Below are positions 1 through 8,755 of a DNA stretch of 32,000 nucleotides, one piece after another; the first letter of the stretch is position 1; the number at the start of each line of letters is the position of its first letter. The notes beneath the pieces were generated by a model. The model was given only the letters and a program-made list of their open reading frames with translations, was not told where the DNA came from and did no database searches. The position numbers and the translations under genes were made by a program. The DNA comes from Candidatus Bathyarchaeota archaeon. Its GTDB lineage: Archaea; Thermoproteota; CALKCG01; B24. The stretch lies in contig JAGHAZ010000044.1 of NCBI GenBank assembly GCA_021161255.1, forward strand, positions 1-32,000, read 5' to 3'.

Positions 1-527
1 ATGGGATATAGCCGACCACGACTATCTTACCGGCTTTCATGAAAGCCCCGACCCCTCTGCCGCATTCCCCCCTAACACCTATCGTCCCACCGGTCATGTG
101 GGTTCCTAGAAAACCCCCTGGCGTTTCCTTCGACTATTATCAATCCTTCCCGCATCTTGTACCCTACGCTCCACCCAGCGTCTCCGTGGACGATTATAGT
201 ACTGCCACGCATACCCTCTCCAAAGCCTATACCGGCCACGCCTTTAACCCTGACGACCCCCTTAGTCATCCCCTTACCCACTCTACGAACCTTGGAAAAG
301 TCACCGATGAGTTCCAAGGTCGTCTCCTCGGACTCTCCGGTCTCTTCGACCTTGAACAGCTCGCCTAGGAGACGTTTTCTCCTACCCTCGTATACCTCTA
401 TGCTGAGGATTTCTTCGAGAGGATTCTCCTCGAACAGCTCAGGCTTCAATACATCGGCTTGAACGGGATATTTGAACTCGTAAGCAGGGGTTATCCTGTA
501 AACCTTCAACCTACACACCCCCCTCAA
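1..527 (-). pseudogene. fwdC: Formylmethanofuran dehydrogenase subunit C-like (GXGXG beta-helix repeat) protein; frame-disrupted and running off the window
   Basis: ORF 72..527 (TTG start) shows the FwdC/glutamate-synthase-domain-3 repeat pattern (GDFSKVRRVGKGMTKGVVRVKG, GEGMRGSTIIVHGDAG, MREGLIIVEGNA). After GNA the repeat continues in another frame (GGFLGTHMTGGTIGVRGECGRGVGAFMKAGKIVVVGYIP, positions 113..1). This implies a 1-nt frame change in or next to the G5 run at about 112-118. Confidence 0.55.
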
Positions 528-899
528 CCTCTATGGCCACTAAACGGGGTAGATACTTCTCTCTAACCCCTTCCACGTTGCGGCCCCAGCTCCAAGCCTC
601 CAACCCACCAGGGTCTATCTTGAGGGCGTATCCCTTAATCGCCTTAAGCAGCCAAGCTATATACGCTGCACACTCCTTGAGTTTACCTTCTTCGAGGTAC
701 TCTAGGACGAACCAGTAGTCCCCGACCAGAGGGAAGGAGACCTTATCTTAACGCTACCGCCTTCCGAGACCCCAAGCTCCTCCATATCCTCCGGATCTAG
801 CTGACACGTGGCCGTCGCATCCATGTAGCGGCTTGAGAACTTACCAGCCTCCTTTCCCAAACCCTGCTCGAGAGACCTACCAGAGACCAGCATCATCAC
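528..899 (-). pseudogene. fwdD: FwdD-like molybdopterin-dinucleotide-binding barrel protein, truncated or frame-disrupted
   Basis: ORF 702..899 (LVSGRSLEQGLGKEAGKFSSRYMDATATCQLDPEDMEELGVSEGGSVKIRSP) resembles the N-terminal half of FwdD, then stops early. A protein-like reading (GDYWFVLEYLEEGKLKECAAYIAWLLKAIKGYALKIDPGGLEAWSWGRNVEGV...) continues in a different frame with no start codon, down to the fwdC start. Confidence 0.4.
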
Positions 900-974
900 T
901 ATAGTTAAGAATTACCTTTCTCGCGTGGATCGTTAGTAAGCCTTATCCCCTTATACAGTGTATTTAGAATCTAG

Positions 975-2255
975 GTGTGGTGTTTGGCGAAGTCGTCTCG
1001 GATTCCGGGTTTCTACAAGCTCAGTCCTGAGGAAAGGCTACGTGTAGTAGCCGATTTCGCGGGTCTGACCGACGAGGAGATTGCTCTACTTAAGAATACA
1101 GGAAGCTTAGAGCTTAGTCTCGCGGATAGGATGATAGAGAACGTTATAGGGGTTATGCATATACCGCTGGGTGTAGCCGTGAACTTTCTGATAAACGGTA
1201 AAGATTATATGGTGCCTATGGCGATAGAGGAGCCGAGCGTCGTAGCGGCTGCGAGTAACGCGGCTAGAATAGCTAGGGTTAAGGGAGGATTCCAAGCATC
1301 GACGACCAAGCCGATTATGATAGGGCAGATCCAGCTCGTCAAGGTTCCAGACCCCTATGGAGCGAGATACACTATACTAGCCCACAAGGATGAGATACTC
1401 GAGAAGGCTAACGAGCAGGACCCGATACTTGTCAAACTAGGCGGAGGTGCTAAAGACCTGGAGGTCAGGGTTATAGATACGGATGTAGGGCCGATGGTGA
1501 TAACCCATCTTCTAGTCGATGTCAAGGACGCCATGGGAGCCAATGCGGTCAACACGATGGCCGAGGCCGTAGCGCCTATGATCGAGAAGCTTACGGGCGG
1601 CAGGGTGTATCTCCGTATAGTTTCTAACTTAGCCGTCTATAGGCTTGCGAGAGCTAGGGCCGTATTCGATAAAGATGCCTTGGGCGGCGAAGAAGCTGTC
1701 GAGGGGATAATCTACGCGTACAACTTCGCGAAATCAGACCCCTTCAGATGCGCAACCCATAACAAGGGAATAATGAACGGTATAATAGCCGTCGCCTTAG
1801 CCACCGGGAACGACACAAGGGCTTTAGAGTCTGGGGCCCACGCCTACGCCGCCAGGACAGGGAGATACCAGCCCCTAACCACTTGGGAGGTTAACGAAGA
1901 CGGTGACCTAGTGGGCACGATAGAAATACCCTTAGCCGTCGGGATCATAGGCGGCGCGACTAAGTCTAATCCACTCGCGCGGGTATGTCTTAAGATATTG
2001 GGCGTTAAGACAGCTTCTGAACTCGCGGAGGTTATGGCTTCGGTCGGGTTAGCCCAGAACCTAGCGGCCTTAAGGGCTTTAGCCACAGAAGGTATCCAGA
2101 GAGGACATATGAAGTTGCACGCCAGGAACATAGCTATAATGGCGGGAGCGACCGGCCGATTGATAGATGAGGTCGCTCGAAGAATGGTGGAAGAACGTAA
2201 GATAAGGATAGATAGGGCCAAGGAAATACTCGAAGAGCTTTTGAAGAAGGAGTAA
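975..2255 (+). CDS. hmgA: HMG-CoA reductase, class II-type
   Basis: Contains [49 protein letters not shown] and [18 protein letters not shown], matching the NAD(P)H-dependent class II (Pseudomonas mevalonii-type) enzyme. The likely true start is TTG at 984 ([10 protein letters not shown]). Confidence 0.9.
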   Translation: MWCLAKSSRIPGFYKLSPEERLRVVADFAGLTDEEIALLKNTGSLELSLADRMIENVIGVMHIPLGVAVNFLINGKDYMVPMAIEEPSVVAAASNAARIARVKGGFQASTTKPIMIGQIQLVKVPDPYGARYTILAHKDEILEKANEQDPILVKLGGGAKDLEVRVIDTDVGPMVITHLLVDVKDAMGANAVNTMAEAVAPMIEKLTGGRVYLRIVSNLAVYRLARARAVFDKDALGGEEAVEGIIYAYNFAKSDPFRCATHNKGIMNGIIAVALATGNDTRALESGAHAYAARTGRYQPLTTWEVNEDGDLVGTIEIPLAVGIIGGATKSNPLARVCLKILGVKTASELAEVMASVGLAQNLAALRALATEGIQRGHMKLHARNIAIMAGATGRLIDEVARRMVEERKIRIDRAKEILEELLKKE

Positions 2256-2261
2256 ACTCAA

Positions 2262-2271
2262 TTTTTCTTTT
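2262..2271 (+). terminator. Oligo-T tract downstream of hmgA
   Basis: TTTTTCTTTT lies 7 nt after the stop codon. Oligo-T tracts are the usual archaeal termination signal. Confidence 0.4.
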
Positions 2272-2534
2272 AAGACGCCATACTTATTAACACATCCCCC
2301 ATTTTATTGATGGATTATAGACCCATATCGCGGCGGGTTCTTCTGTGAACGATACTTCCACAGACGCATGGCCTGGAAGCGTAGACACGAATCGATCTCG
2401 GTAAGTAGCGACTTATGGAGACTCCGTAGAAAAAGGAGAAACCCCTAACAACGGATATGTTTCTCGAAAACCAAAATTCTCAACCTAAACGGGAAAGCAC
2501 AAAGTCTGTCTACTTTAGACAATTCTTAACCAAA

Positions 2535-3077
2535 CTACTCAGAGGACCTGTTTTCCGAAGACTCCTTTTTTAATGCGTTTAGCATAGAGGCTAGCATGTT
2601 TAGAAATAGTAGAGCCGCTACGCCTACTACCGTAGCTGCGTATTTCCCCCGCTCTTTCTCTTGCCTGATCATGTTCATTTTCCGAAGCACACTTAGATGG
2701 TGGTAAAGTGCTCCATATTTATCTGAGAACATCTTTTCAAGCTCAGATGCGTACTTTGAGGTTCTCAATTCTTTTAGAAGAACTATTCTAGCAGGATGGG
2801 CTAAGGCTAAAGATAGGTTGGCTAAGTCTTCAGGAGGGAGATTATGGGGAATACCTGCGGTACTGAAGCATCCCGTACTCACATAAGGGGAACCTTTTTC
2901 TTTGGCTATTATTACAGACCATATGTCGTATCCCTCTACTGTAGGAACCTCCTTCTGCATACGGAAAATCCTATCGAGTATTTCATTCTTAGACCCTCCT
3001 TCAAGCTTCTCCACACGTCTCCTCAGCTCAGCTACCTCTTCTTCGATTTTCCTAAGTTTTTCTAAAATTTGGTTCAT
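2535..3077 (-). CDS. Winged-helix (ArsR-like) transcription regulator with N-terminal coiled coil and C-terminal hydrophobic helix
   Basis: The segment LAHPARIVLLKELRTSKYASELEKMFSDKYGALYHHLSVLRKMNMIRQE fits an ArsR/SmtB-type wHTH. The N-terminus (KLRKIEEEVAELRRRVEKLE) is coiled-coil-like, and AATVVGVAALLFLNMLASML looks like a TM helix. Confidence 0.5.
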   Translation of the reverse strand: MNQILEKLRKIEEEVAELRRRVEKLEGGSKNEILDRIFRMQKEVPTVEGYDIWSVIIAKEKGSPYVSTGCFSTAGIPHNLPPEDLANLSLALAHPARIVLLKELRTSKYASELEKMFSDKYGALYHHLSVLRKMNMIRQEKERGKYAATVVGVAALLFLNMLASMLNALKKESSENRSSE

Positions 3078-3222
3078 CTAAAGTGATATACGGGTAAGTA
3101 ATATTTAGGCTTTGAAGTCTCTAGAAGACGAGACTGGTTGAAAAATATAGAGCCGCGTTTTTTTCTAAAAGTTTAATAAGGCTGGTGGTTATTAGGTTTC
3201 ACGCTCGGAAGGGGATGGGGAA

Positions 3223-5445
3223 ATGCCTAGGTATAGGACGACGGCTGAGATACTTAAGATAGTTAAGGATAAGGAGTTTATCCGAAAGACCTGAGGCTCG
3301 ACCTCGGGTCCGGAAGATATAGGAATTATAGCTCATGTAGACCACGGTAAGACTACTATGAGCGATTCTCTTCTAGCTGCCTGCGGCCTGTTATCGCCCT
3401 CGATGGCTGGGCAGGCCTTGGCGTTAGACTATATGGAGGAGGAGCAGAAGAGACAGATGACGATAAAGGCGGCTAACATAAGCCTCTACTACGAGTACGA
3501 GAACAAGCCGTATGTGATCAACCTGATCGATACTCCTGGTCACATAGACTTCACAGGTAAGGTTACCCGGTCTCTCAGAGCGATAGACGGGGCCATAGTT
3601 GTGGTGGACGCAGTCGAAGGTGTTATGACCCAGACGGAGACCGTTACCAGACAGGCATTAGAAGAGAGAGTCAGACCGGTTCTATACATAAATAAGATCG
3701 ACCGGTTGATCAACGAGCTTAAGCTGAGCCCCCAAGGCGTCCAAGAAGTCATAGTCAGGATAATCAAGGACTTCAACCGTCTTATCGAGATGTACGCCGA
3801 GCCTGAATACAGGAAGATCTGGAAGGTAAGCTTCTCAAACAACAACGTAGCCCTCGGTTCGGCTAAACATAGGTGGGGTTTCACCCTCAGGGTGGCTCAG
3901 GAGAAGGGTGTAAAGTTCTCAGATGTCGTGGCGGCTTATAAGGAGGGAAACGTGGAGGAGCTTAGGAAAGCCGTTCCGCTTCACGAAGCTATACTCGACA
4001 TGGTCGTGGAGCATCTACCGTCTCCACCCGTAGCCCAGAAGTATAGGATACCTAAGATCTGGCACGGAGACCTATCTTCAGAGGTGGGTAAGGCGATGCT
4101 TGAATGCGACGACGATGGGCCTGTCGTCATGTGTATCTCGAACGTAACCGTCGACCCTCAAGCCGGTGTCGTAGCGACGGGAAGACTATTCTCAGGGGTT
4201 ATAAACGCCGGAGATACCGTTCACCTCATAGGAGCTAGGGCGACCGGTAGGGTTCAGCAGGTATGCATCTATATGGGGCCATACAGGGAGATCGTCGGTA
4301 GCCTGCCGGCAGGGAACATACCGGCTTTACTGGGGCTCGATAAGGCTAGGGCTGGTGAAACGATAGCCTCTATCCCCGATGTGGTGCCCTTTGAAGCCGT
4401 TAGATATGTTACAGAGCCTGTCGTGACCATAGCTATAGAGCCGAAGTATAGTAGAGACCTGCCTAAGCTTGTCGACGTGCTGAACAAGCTGACTATAGAG
4501 GATCCCAACTTGGTGGCTAGGATAGACCAGGAAAGCGGTGAGTATCTCCTCTCGGGTATAGGTCAGGTTCACCTCGAGATCGCGTTAACGCTCATACAGA
4601 AAACGGGTCTAGAGATCATAACCTCGCCGCCGACCGTTATATACAGGGAGAGCATCAGAAAACCCGCAGGGCCTTTCATGGCTAAATCGCCGAACAGACA
4701 CAACAGGGTTTACATAAGCGTTGAGCCCCTAGACCCGCAGATTGTGGAGCTTATAACCTCGGGTAAACTCAACGATACTATGGATAGGAGGAGCATAGCT
4801 AAACTCCTCAGAAGCTACGGGTGGCCTGCGGAGGAGGCTAGGAACGTCTATGGGATAGACCCTCACGGATGCATCTTCGTAGACCGTTCTAAGGGCGTCC
4901 AATATCTCAACGAGGTCCGAGATTACATGGTCTCAGGCTTCATATCAGCCATGGATGATGGCCCGCTTACGAGGGAATACGTCAGAGGCGTCAAAGTCAA
5001 CTTAGAAAACGCTGAGCTACACTCAGACCCGGCTCATAGAGGCCCGGCTCAGATAATACCTATGGTTCGTAGAGCCATCTACGCGGGTCTACTCTCAGCG
5101 GATCCGATACTCCTAGAGCCGATAATGAAGCTTGTAGCCAGAGCCCCAGCCGAGATGGTCGGTGTCCTAACTAAGATACTGACAAGCAGAAGGGGACGCG
5201 TATTATCTATAGAGCAGAGAGAATATGTGGTTCACGTCGAGGGAGAGATACCGGCCGCGGAGACGTTCGACTTGGCCGACGTAATAAGGTCTTCTACATC
5301 GGGTAAGGCCTTCTGGAGCCTACCGTTCTCCAGATGGGCGCCGGTGCCATCGTCGCTAATGCCTAAGCTCATACGTGAGATAAGGCAGCGTAAAGGACTA
5401 TCGCCAGAGCCGCCTAGACCAGAAGACTTCATGGATAGAGAGTAG
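3223..5445 (+). CDS. fusA: Translation elongation factor aEF-2, interrupted by a 30-nt BHB-type intron (exons 3223..3286 and 3317..5445)
   Basis: The ATG at 3223 encodes MPRYRTTAEILKIVKDKEFIR, the canonical crenarchaeal aEF-2 N-terminus. An in-frame TGA lies at 3292. The G1/P-loop ([13 protein letters not shown]) resumes at 3319 in the same frame. The rest matches aEF-2 throughout (DTPGHIDF, NKIDR, diphthamide site HSDPAHRGPAQI). The ORF-track start at 3358 would lack the P-loop. Confidence 0.9.
3287..3316 (+). other. Putative bulge-helix-bulge (BHB) intron within the aEF-2 mRNA
   Basis: The RNA reads UCCG(3281-84) AAA(3285-87) GACCUGAGG(3288-96) CUCGA(3297-3301) CCUCGGGUC(3302-10) CGGA(3311-14) AGA(3315-17). 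This gives a 4-bp helix (UCCG/CGGA) flanked by two 3-nt bulges on opposite strands, plus a 9-bp closing hairpin. Cutting after the second nucleotide of each bulge removes 30 nt and yields CGA AAU AUA GGA, which encodes R-N-I-G. Confidence 0.7.
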
Positions 5446-5456
5446 AGAAAAGTTAA

Positions 5457-5471
5457 TTTTTAGACATTTTT
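5457..5471 (+). terminator. Oligo-T tracts downstream of aEF-2
   Basis: Two T5 runs (5457-5461 and 5467-5471) lie within 30 nt of the stop codon. Confidence 0.4.
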
Positions 5472-5564
5472 CAAATATTTAACCAAAGGATAAGTTTAAA
5501 TCGTTCGTTTGTGACTTCCTAAAGCTCGTCAGCGACGTTAAAAGGTGTTGCCAGCGTCGGCGGG

Positions 5565-7319
5565 GTGAGATCAATGGATCTTATACGGTATTTAAGGAGG
5601 AGGTGTCAGTTTCCTGAACGCTGTGAGAAATGGCTAGTTTTAGACCTTTTAGGAGCCGTCGCTGGAATAGCCGGAGGACTAGGAGCTATAGTGTTTAGGA
5701 AGATGATAGCGTTTAATAAATGGTTGTTCTTTGACCTTCTATTGCCTAATATTTCCACTAAGGTTTTTGGATTCAATTATGCCCTCATAGTCATTCCGGC
5801 CTTAGGAGGTCTTATAGTAGGCCCTATCATAATGAAATTTGCTCCGGAGACTAAGGGACATGGTGTTCCCGAGGTCATGGAGGCTGTTGCGTTAAAGGGA
5901 GGAAGAATAAGGAAACGTGTGGCTCTCTTAAAGATTCTCGTGTCGTCTGTCACCATCGGTTCCGGTGGAAGTGCTGGAAGAGAGGGGCCCATAGCTCAGA
6001 TAGGGGCCTCGATCGGCTCGCTTTTAGGAGAGGTTTTTAAACTCGATTCCCGTGACATACGTCTTCTTGTCGTCTGCGGTCTGTCGGCTGGAATAGCGGG
6101 AACCTTTAACGCACCTCTTGGAGGCGCGTTATTTGGCATGGAGATACTCTATCGTGGGATAGGATTGTTTAATGCTGTGCCCGTTGTCCTCGCCTCCGTT
6201 ATAGGCGCTGCAGTAGCTTCAGCCTATCTAGGCGCTAAGCCGTCGTTCAACGCATCTAACCTTACGTTTACGAACCCATCGGAACTCATATACTATTTCG
6301 TTCTCGGAGTAGTCTTCGGCGTGCTAGCAGTCATCTGGGTGAAGCTATTCTACCTAATCGAAGACGGATTTGCTAAGCTCAGAGTCCCTGACCATTACAA
6401 ACCTGCTTTGGGCGGGCTTATGACAGGCTTTCTGGGCATGCTTATGCCGACCTATGGTATTATGGGTGTAGGCTACGAAGGGGTTAACCAAGTACTCGCT
6501 GGGAAAATCCCACTACTTTTACTATTGATATTGGGATTTTCTAAGATGGTTGCGACAGCGTTTACCATAGGCTCCGGAGGAAGCGGCGGCATCTTTGCAC
6601 CGAGCCTTTATATAGGCTCTATGTTCGGTGGGGCATTAGGTCTAATTTTCCATCAGATCTCACCCGAGGTCGTCACCCAACCGTTTACCTATTCTTTAGC
6701 CGGTATGGCTGCTCTCTTCGCAGGTGCGGCTCAAGCACCGTTAAACGTTATGATAATGATTCCAGAGATGTCTGACGACTACTCCTTATTACCACCGCTT
6801 ATGGTATCTTCAACCACGAGTTTCATAGTGGCTTGGCTGTTCCTGAGAGGCTCCTCCATTTACACGCTTAAACTCGAGCATAGAGGTGTTAAGCTTAGAA
6901 TGGGTAGAGCGTTTATCCTTGAAAGTATTAAGGTGGAGGAGGTAATGAGTAGGGAGGTAACTCCTGTTAGAGCTGAAATGCCCCTCTCGGCATTAGAGCT
7001 CCTCATGGAGGAAACACGGTATCATGGCTTTCCGGTAGTCGAGCGGAACAGGCTTATCGGTATAGTGACTTTCAGAGATATCGTGAAAGTCCCTCGCGAG
7101 GAGAGAGATAAAGTCAAGGTTAAAGACATTTTAACTAAAAAACTAGTAGTGACCTATCCGGATGAAACGGTGCAAGAGGCTCTAGATAAGATGTATAGGG
7201 AGAATGTCGGTAGACTTCCGGTCGTTGACAGGTCAAACCCACATCGTCTCGTCGGAATAATCACCCGTTCAGACATCATAAGGGCGTATGAAATAGCTAT
7301 AACGAGGATACAAGAGTAA
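5565..7319 (+). CDS. ClC-family voltage-gated chloride channel/antiporter with C-terminal tandem CBS domains
   Basis: ClC selectivity motifs are present (GHGVPEV, GREGPIAQIG, GGIFAPSLYIG) with multiple TM helices. The C-terminal roughly 130 aa have two CBS-like repeats (HGFPVVERNRLIGIVTFRDI; GRLPVVDRSNPHRLVGIITRSDI). Confidence 0.85.
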   Translation: MRSMDLIRYLRRRCQFPERCEKWLVLDLLGAVAGIAGGLGAIVFRKMIAFNKWLFFDLLLPNISTKVFGFNYALIVIPALGGLIVGPIIMKFAPETKGHGVPEVMEAVALKGGRIRKRVALLKILVSSVTIGSGGSAGREGPIAQIGASIGSLLGEVFKLDSRDIRLLVVCGLSAGIAGTFNAPLGGALFGMEILYRGIGLFNAVPVVLASVIGAAVASAYLGAKPSFNASNLTFTNPSELIYYFVLGVVFGVLAVIWVKLFYLIEDGFAKLRVPDHYKPALGGLMTGFLGMLMPTYGIMGVGYEGVNQVLAGKIPLLLLLILGFSKMVATAFTIGSGGSGGIFAPSLYIGSMFGGALGLIFHQISPEVVTQPFTYSLAGMAALFAGAAQAPLNVMIMIPEMSDDYSLLPPLMVSSTTSFIVAWLFLRGSSIYTLKLEHRGVKLRMGRAFILESIKVEEVMSREVTPVRAEMPLSALELLMEETRYHGFPVVERNRLIGIVTFRDIVKVPREERDKVKVKDILTKKLVVTYPDETVQEALDKMYRENVGRLPVVDRSNPHRLVGIITRSDIIRAYEIAITRIQE

Positions 7320-7335
7320 AAATTCTGAAAATCTT

Positions 7336-8460
7336 TTATGTAAAATCTGAGTGCTTTGTTACCATATCATACTCTGTTATCCCTTCTTTTCTCGCTAAGA
7401 GATATATGAAACTTTCTAGGAAGAAGAGTGTTCTAAGTTCGAAAATCGACTCTATGGGATTTTTAGGTAGGTAACTACTCCTAAGCCCTTTAAGTTTATA
7501 TATTACTCTGCCTGGGACAACGATCACAGCGTCGCTACTTTCAGCTAGAGGACTATCGGGATAGGATGTTATCGCAACTACTCTTGAACCTTTAGCTTTG
7601 GCCTTTCTAGCCATGAGAGCCGGCATATACCTACCAGAGCCAGATATTATTAGAACCATATCTTTGTATCCTACGGCTACACTACCTTTATCCCTCCAGA
7701 AGTAGCATTCACGGTCCTCACCGGGTTTACAACAGTGTCTCAGCCTCGTCACGAAGAAAGACCCTACTACACCTGAAAACCCTTCACCCACGACAACAGT
7801 TTTACCCGTCCACGGGTTTAGACGGCTTCTAGGCTTAGGTAGTGCATGGTAAAGAGTCTGGAAGTCTCTCTGAGACGGCTTATAATCCTTTAACCCAGCC
7901 AGGATCTTTTGAAACCAGCCTTCGACAGATCCTCCGAGGAAAGAGCCTATGAAGCTCAGCGAGAAGAGAAGCGTCCTGAGCTCGTATAGAGTACCCATCG
8001 GGGTCAAGGGGGCATACACTATACCTGCTAACTGTCTAGCATAATAGTCTTCAGCATGGTAGTCTAGCCTCTTTTTCCCAGGTATCTCTATTACTAAGTC
8101 TGAGATCCTCGCTAAGGGACTTTCAGGGTCTGACGTTAAGGCGACGACTTTGGCGTTTGCCTCATGGGCGATCTTAGCAGTCTCTAGGGTGTAAGTCGTC
8201 ACACCGCTCCCTGAAAAAGCCACGAGCACATCGGATTCCCTTATCACATAGGGGGTCTCTTCAGGTCCGTAGACCTGCTCAAACCCAAGGTTTCTAAGGA
8301 ATCTCGAGAAAACCTCGGCGTTTTCACCAGACCTGCCTACACCTACGCATAGGATTCTCCTCGAGCTTTCGAGAAAGCCTTTAAGAAGCTCAACCTTCTC
8401 AGAGCTTGGAAGCTTAAACTCTTCCACCAGCGAAACCAGTCTTTCATATGTATACGGCAT
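7336..8460 (-). CDS. Tandem SIS-domain sugar-phosphate isomerase-like protein
   Basis: There are two SIS-like modules (VGVGRSGENAEVFSRFL...VLVAFSGSGVT...VVALTS and GEGFSGVVGSFF...VLIISGSGRY...VVAITS). Confidence 0.65.
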   Translation of the reverse strand: MPYTYERLVSLVEEFKLPSSEKVELLKGFLESSRRILCVGVGRSGENAEVFSRFLRNLGFEQVYGPEETPYVIRESDVLVAFSGSGVTTYTLETAKIAHEANAKVVALTSDPESPLARISDLVIEIPGKKRLDYHAEDYYARQLAGIVYAPLTPMGTLYELRTLLFSLSFIGSFLGGSVEGWFQKILAGLKDYKPSQRDFQTLYHALPKPRSRLNPWTGKTVVVGEGFSGVVGSFFVTRLRHCCKPGEDRECYFWRDKGSVAVGYKDMVLIISGSGRYMPALMARKAKAKGSRVVAITSYPDSPLAESSDAVIVVPGRVIYKLKGLRSSYLPKNPIESIFELRTLFFLESFIYLLARKEGITEYDMVTKHSDFT

Positions 8461-8755
8461 ACGGTCGCGCTCTTCAGTATCTATCTAAGGCACCTCCTCT
8501 CTATCTTAAGTTATAGAGCATGTCGTTTAAGAACTTTCCACAACTATCAGACTACTCATTTAAGCAACGGCTCCTCGGATTATATGTTTACGGATAGATA
8601 CTCGATGCTTCTTCCCTACTTAAATGAAGTGTTGTCTACCGCCACATGCATCTGTTCTATTTTAGAGAACAGGTTGGAAAAGGAAAACGTATAACAGCTT
8701 CATTAAGTTTTAGAAACATTTACTTAGGTTATACGCAGGTTTACTTTAGGTTGCT

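Noticed and set aside
100-135. Programmed +1 frameshift in the fwdC-like gene, or a small intron there (hairpin GGAAAC...GUUUUC).
   Set aside because: The repeat-motif alignment leaves room for only a single extra nucleotide, and there is no slippery or rare-codon context. A simple indel in or near the G5 run is more parsimonious.
533-718. Plus-strand ORF of 61 aa.
   Set aside because: It is antisense to the fwdD-like remnant, its composition is Ser/Pro/Leu-rich, and the opposite strand carries the more protein-like reading.
2290-2370. Possible C/D box sRNA in the 279-nt convergent intergenic region (TTGATGG ... CTGTGA).
   Set aside because: The C box is imperfect, and there is no properly spaced D/D' CUGA pair or terminal stem. 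I could not find a convincing RUGAUGA...CUGA arrangement on either strand.
3289-3303. Alternative explanations for the in-frame TGA in aEF-2: selenocysteine or stop-codon readthrough, or gene-60-style ribosomal bypass between the matched ACC codons (3289-3291 and 3301-3303) flanking the TGA inside the hairpin.
   Set aside because: Readthrough would insert 10 extra residues, and bypass about 6, into the beta-strand immediately preceding the P-loop, and both would replace the conserved Asn. Removing the BHB element gives an exactly colinear, conserved N-terminus, and the fold matches the splicing-endonuclease substrate. Neither alternative is excluded experimentally.
3358-5445. The ORF-track start (ATG 3358) as the real aEF-2 start.
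   Set aside because: That start would delete the GTP-binding P-loop (AHVDHGKT), which is encoded just upstream in the same frame.
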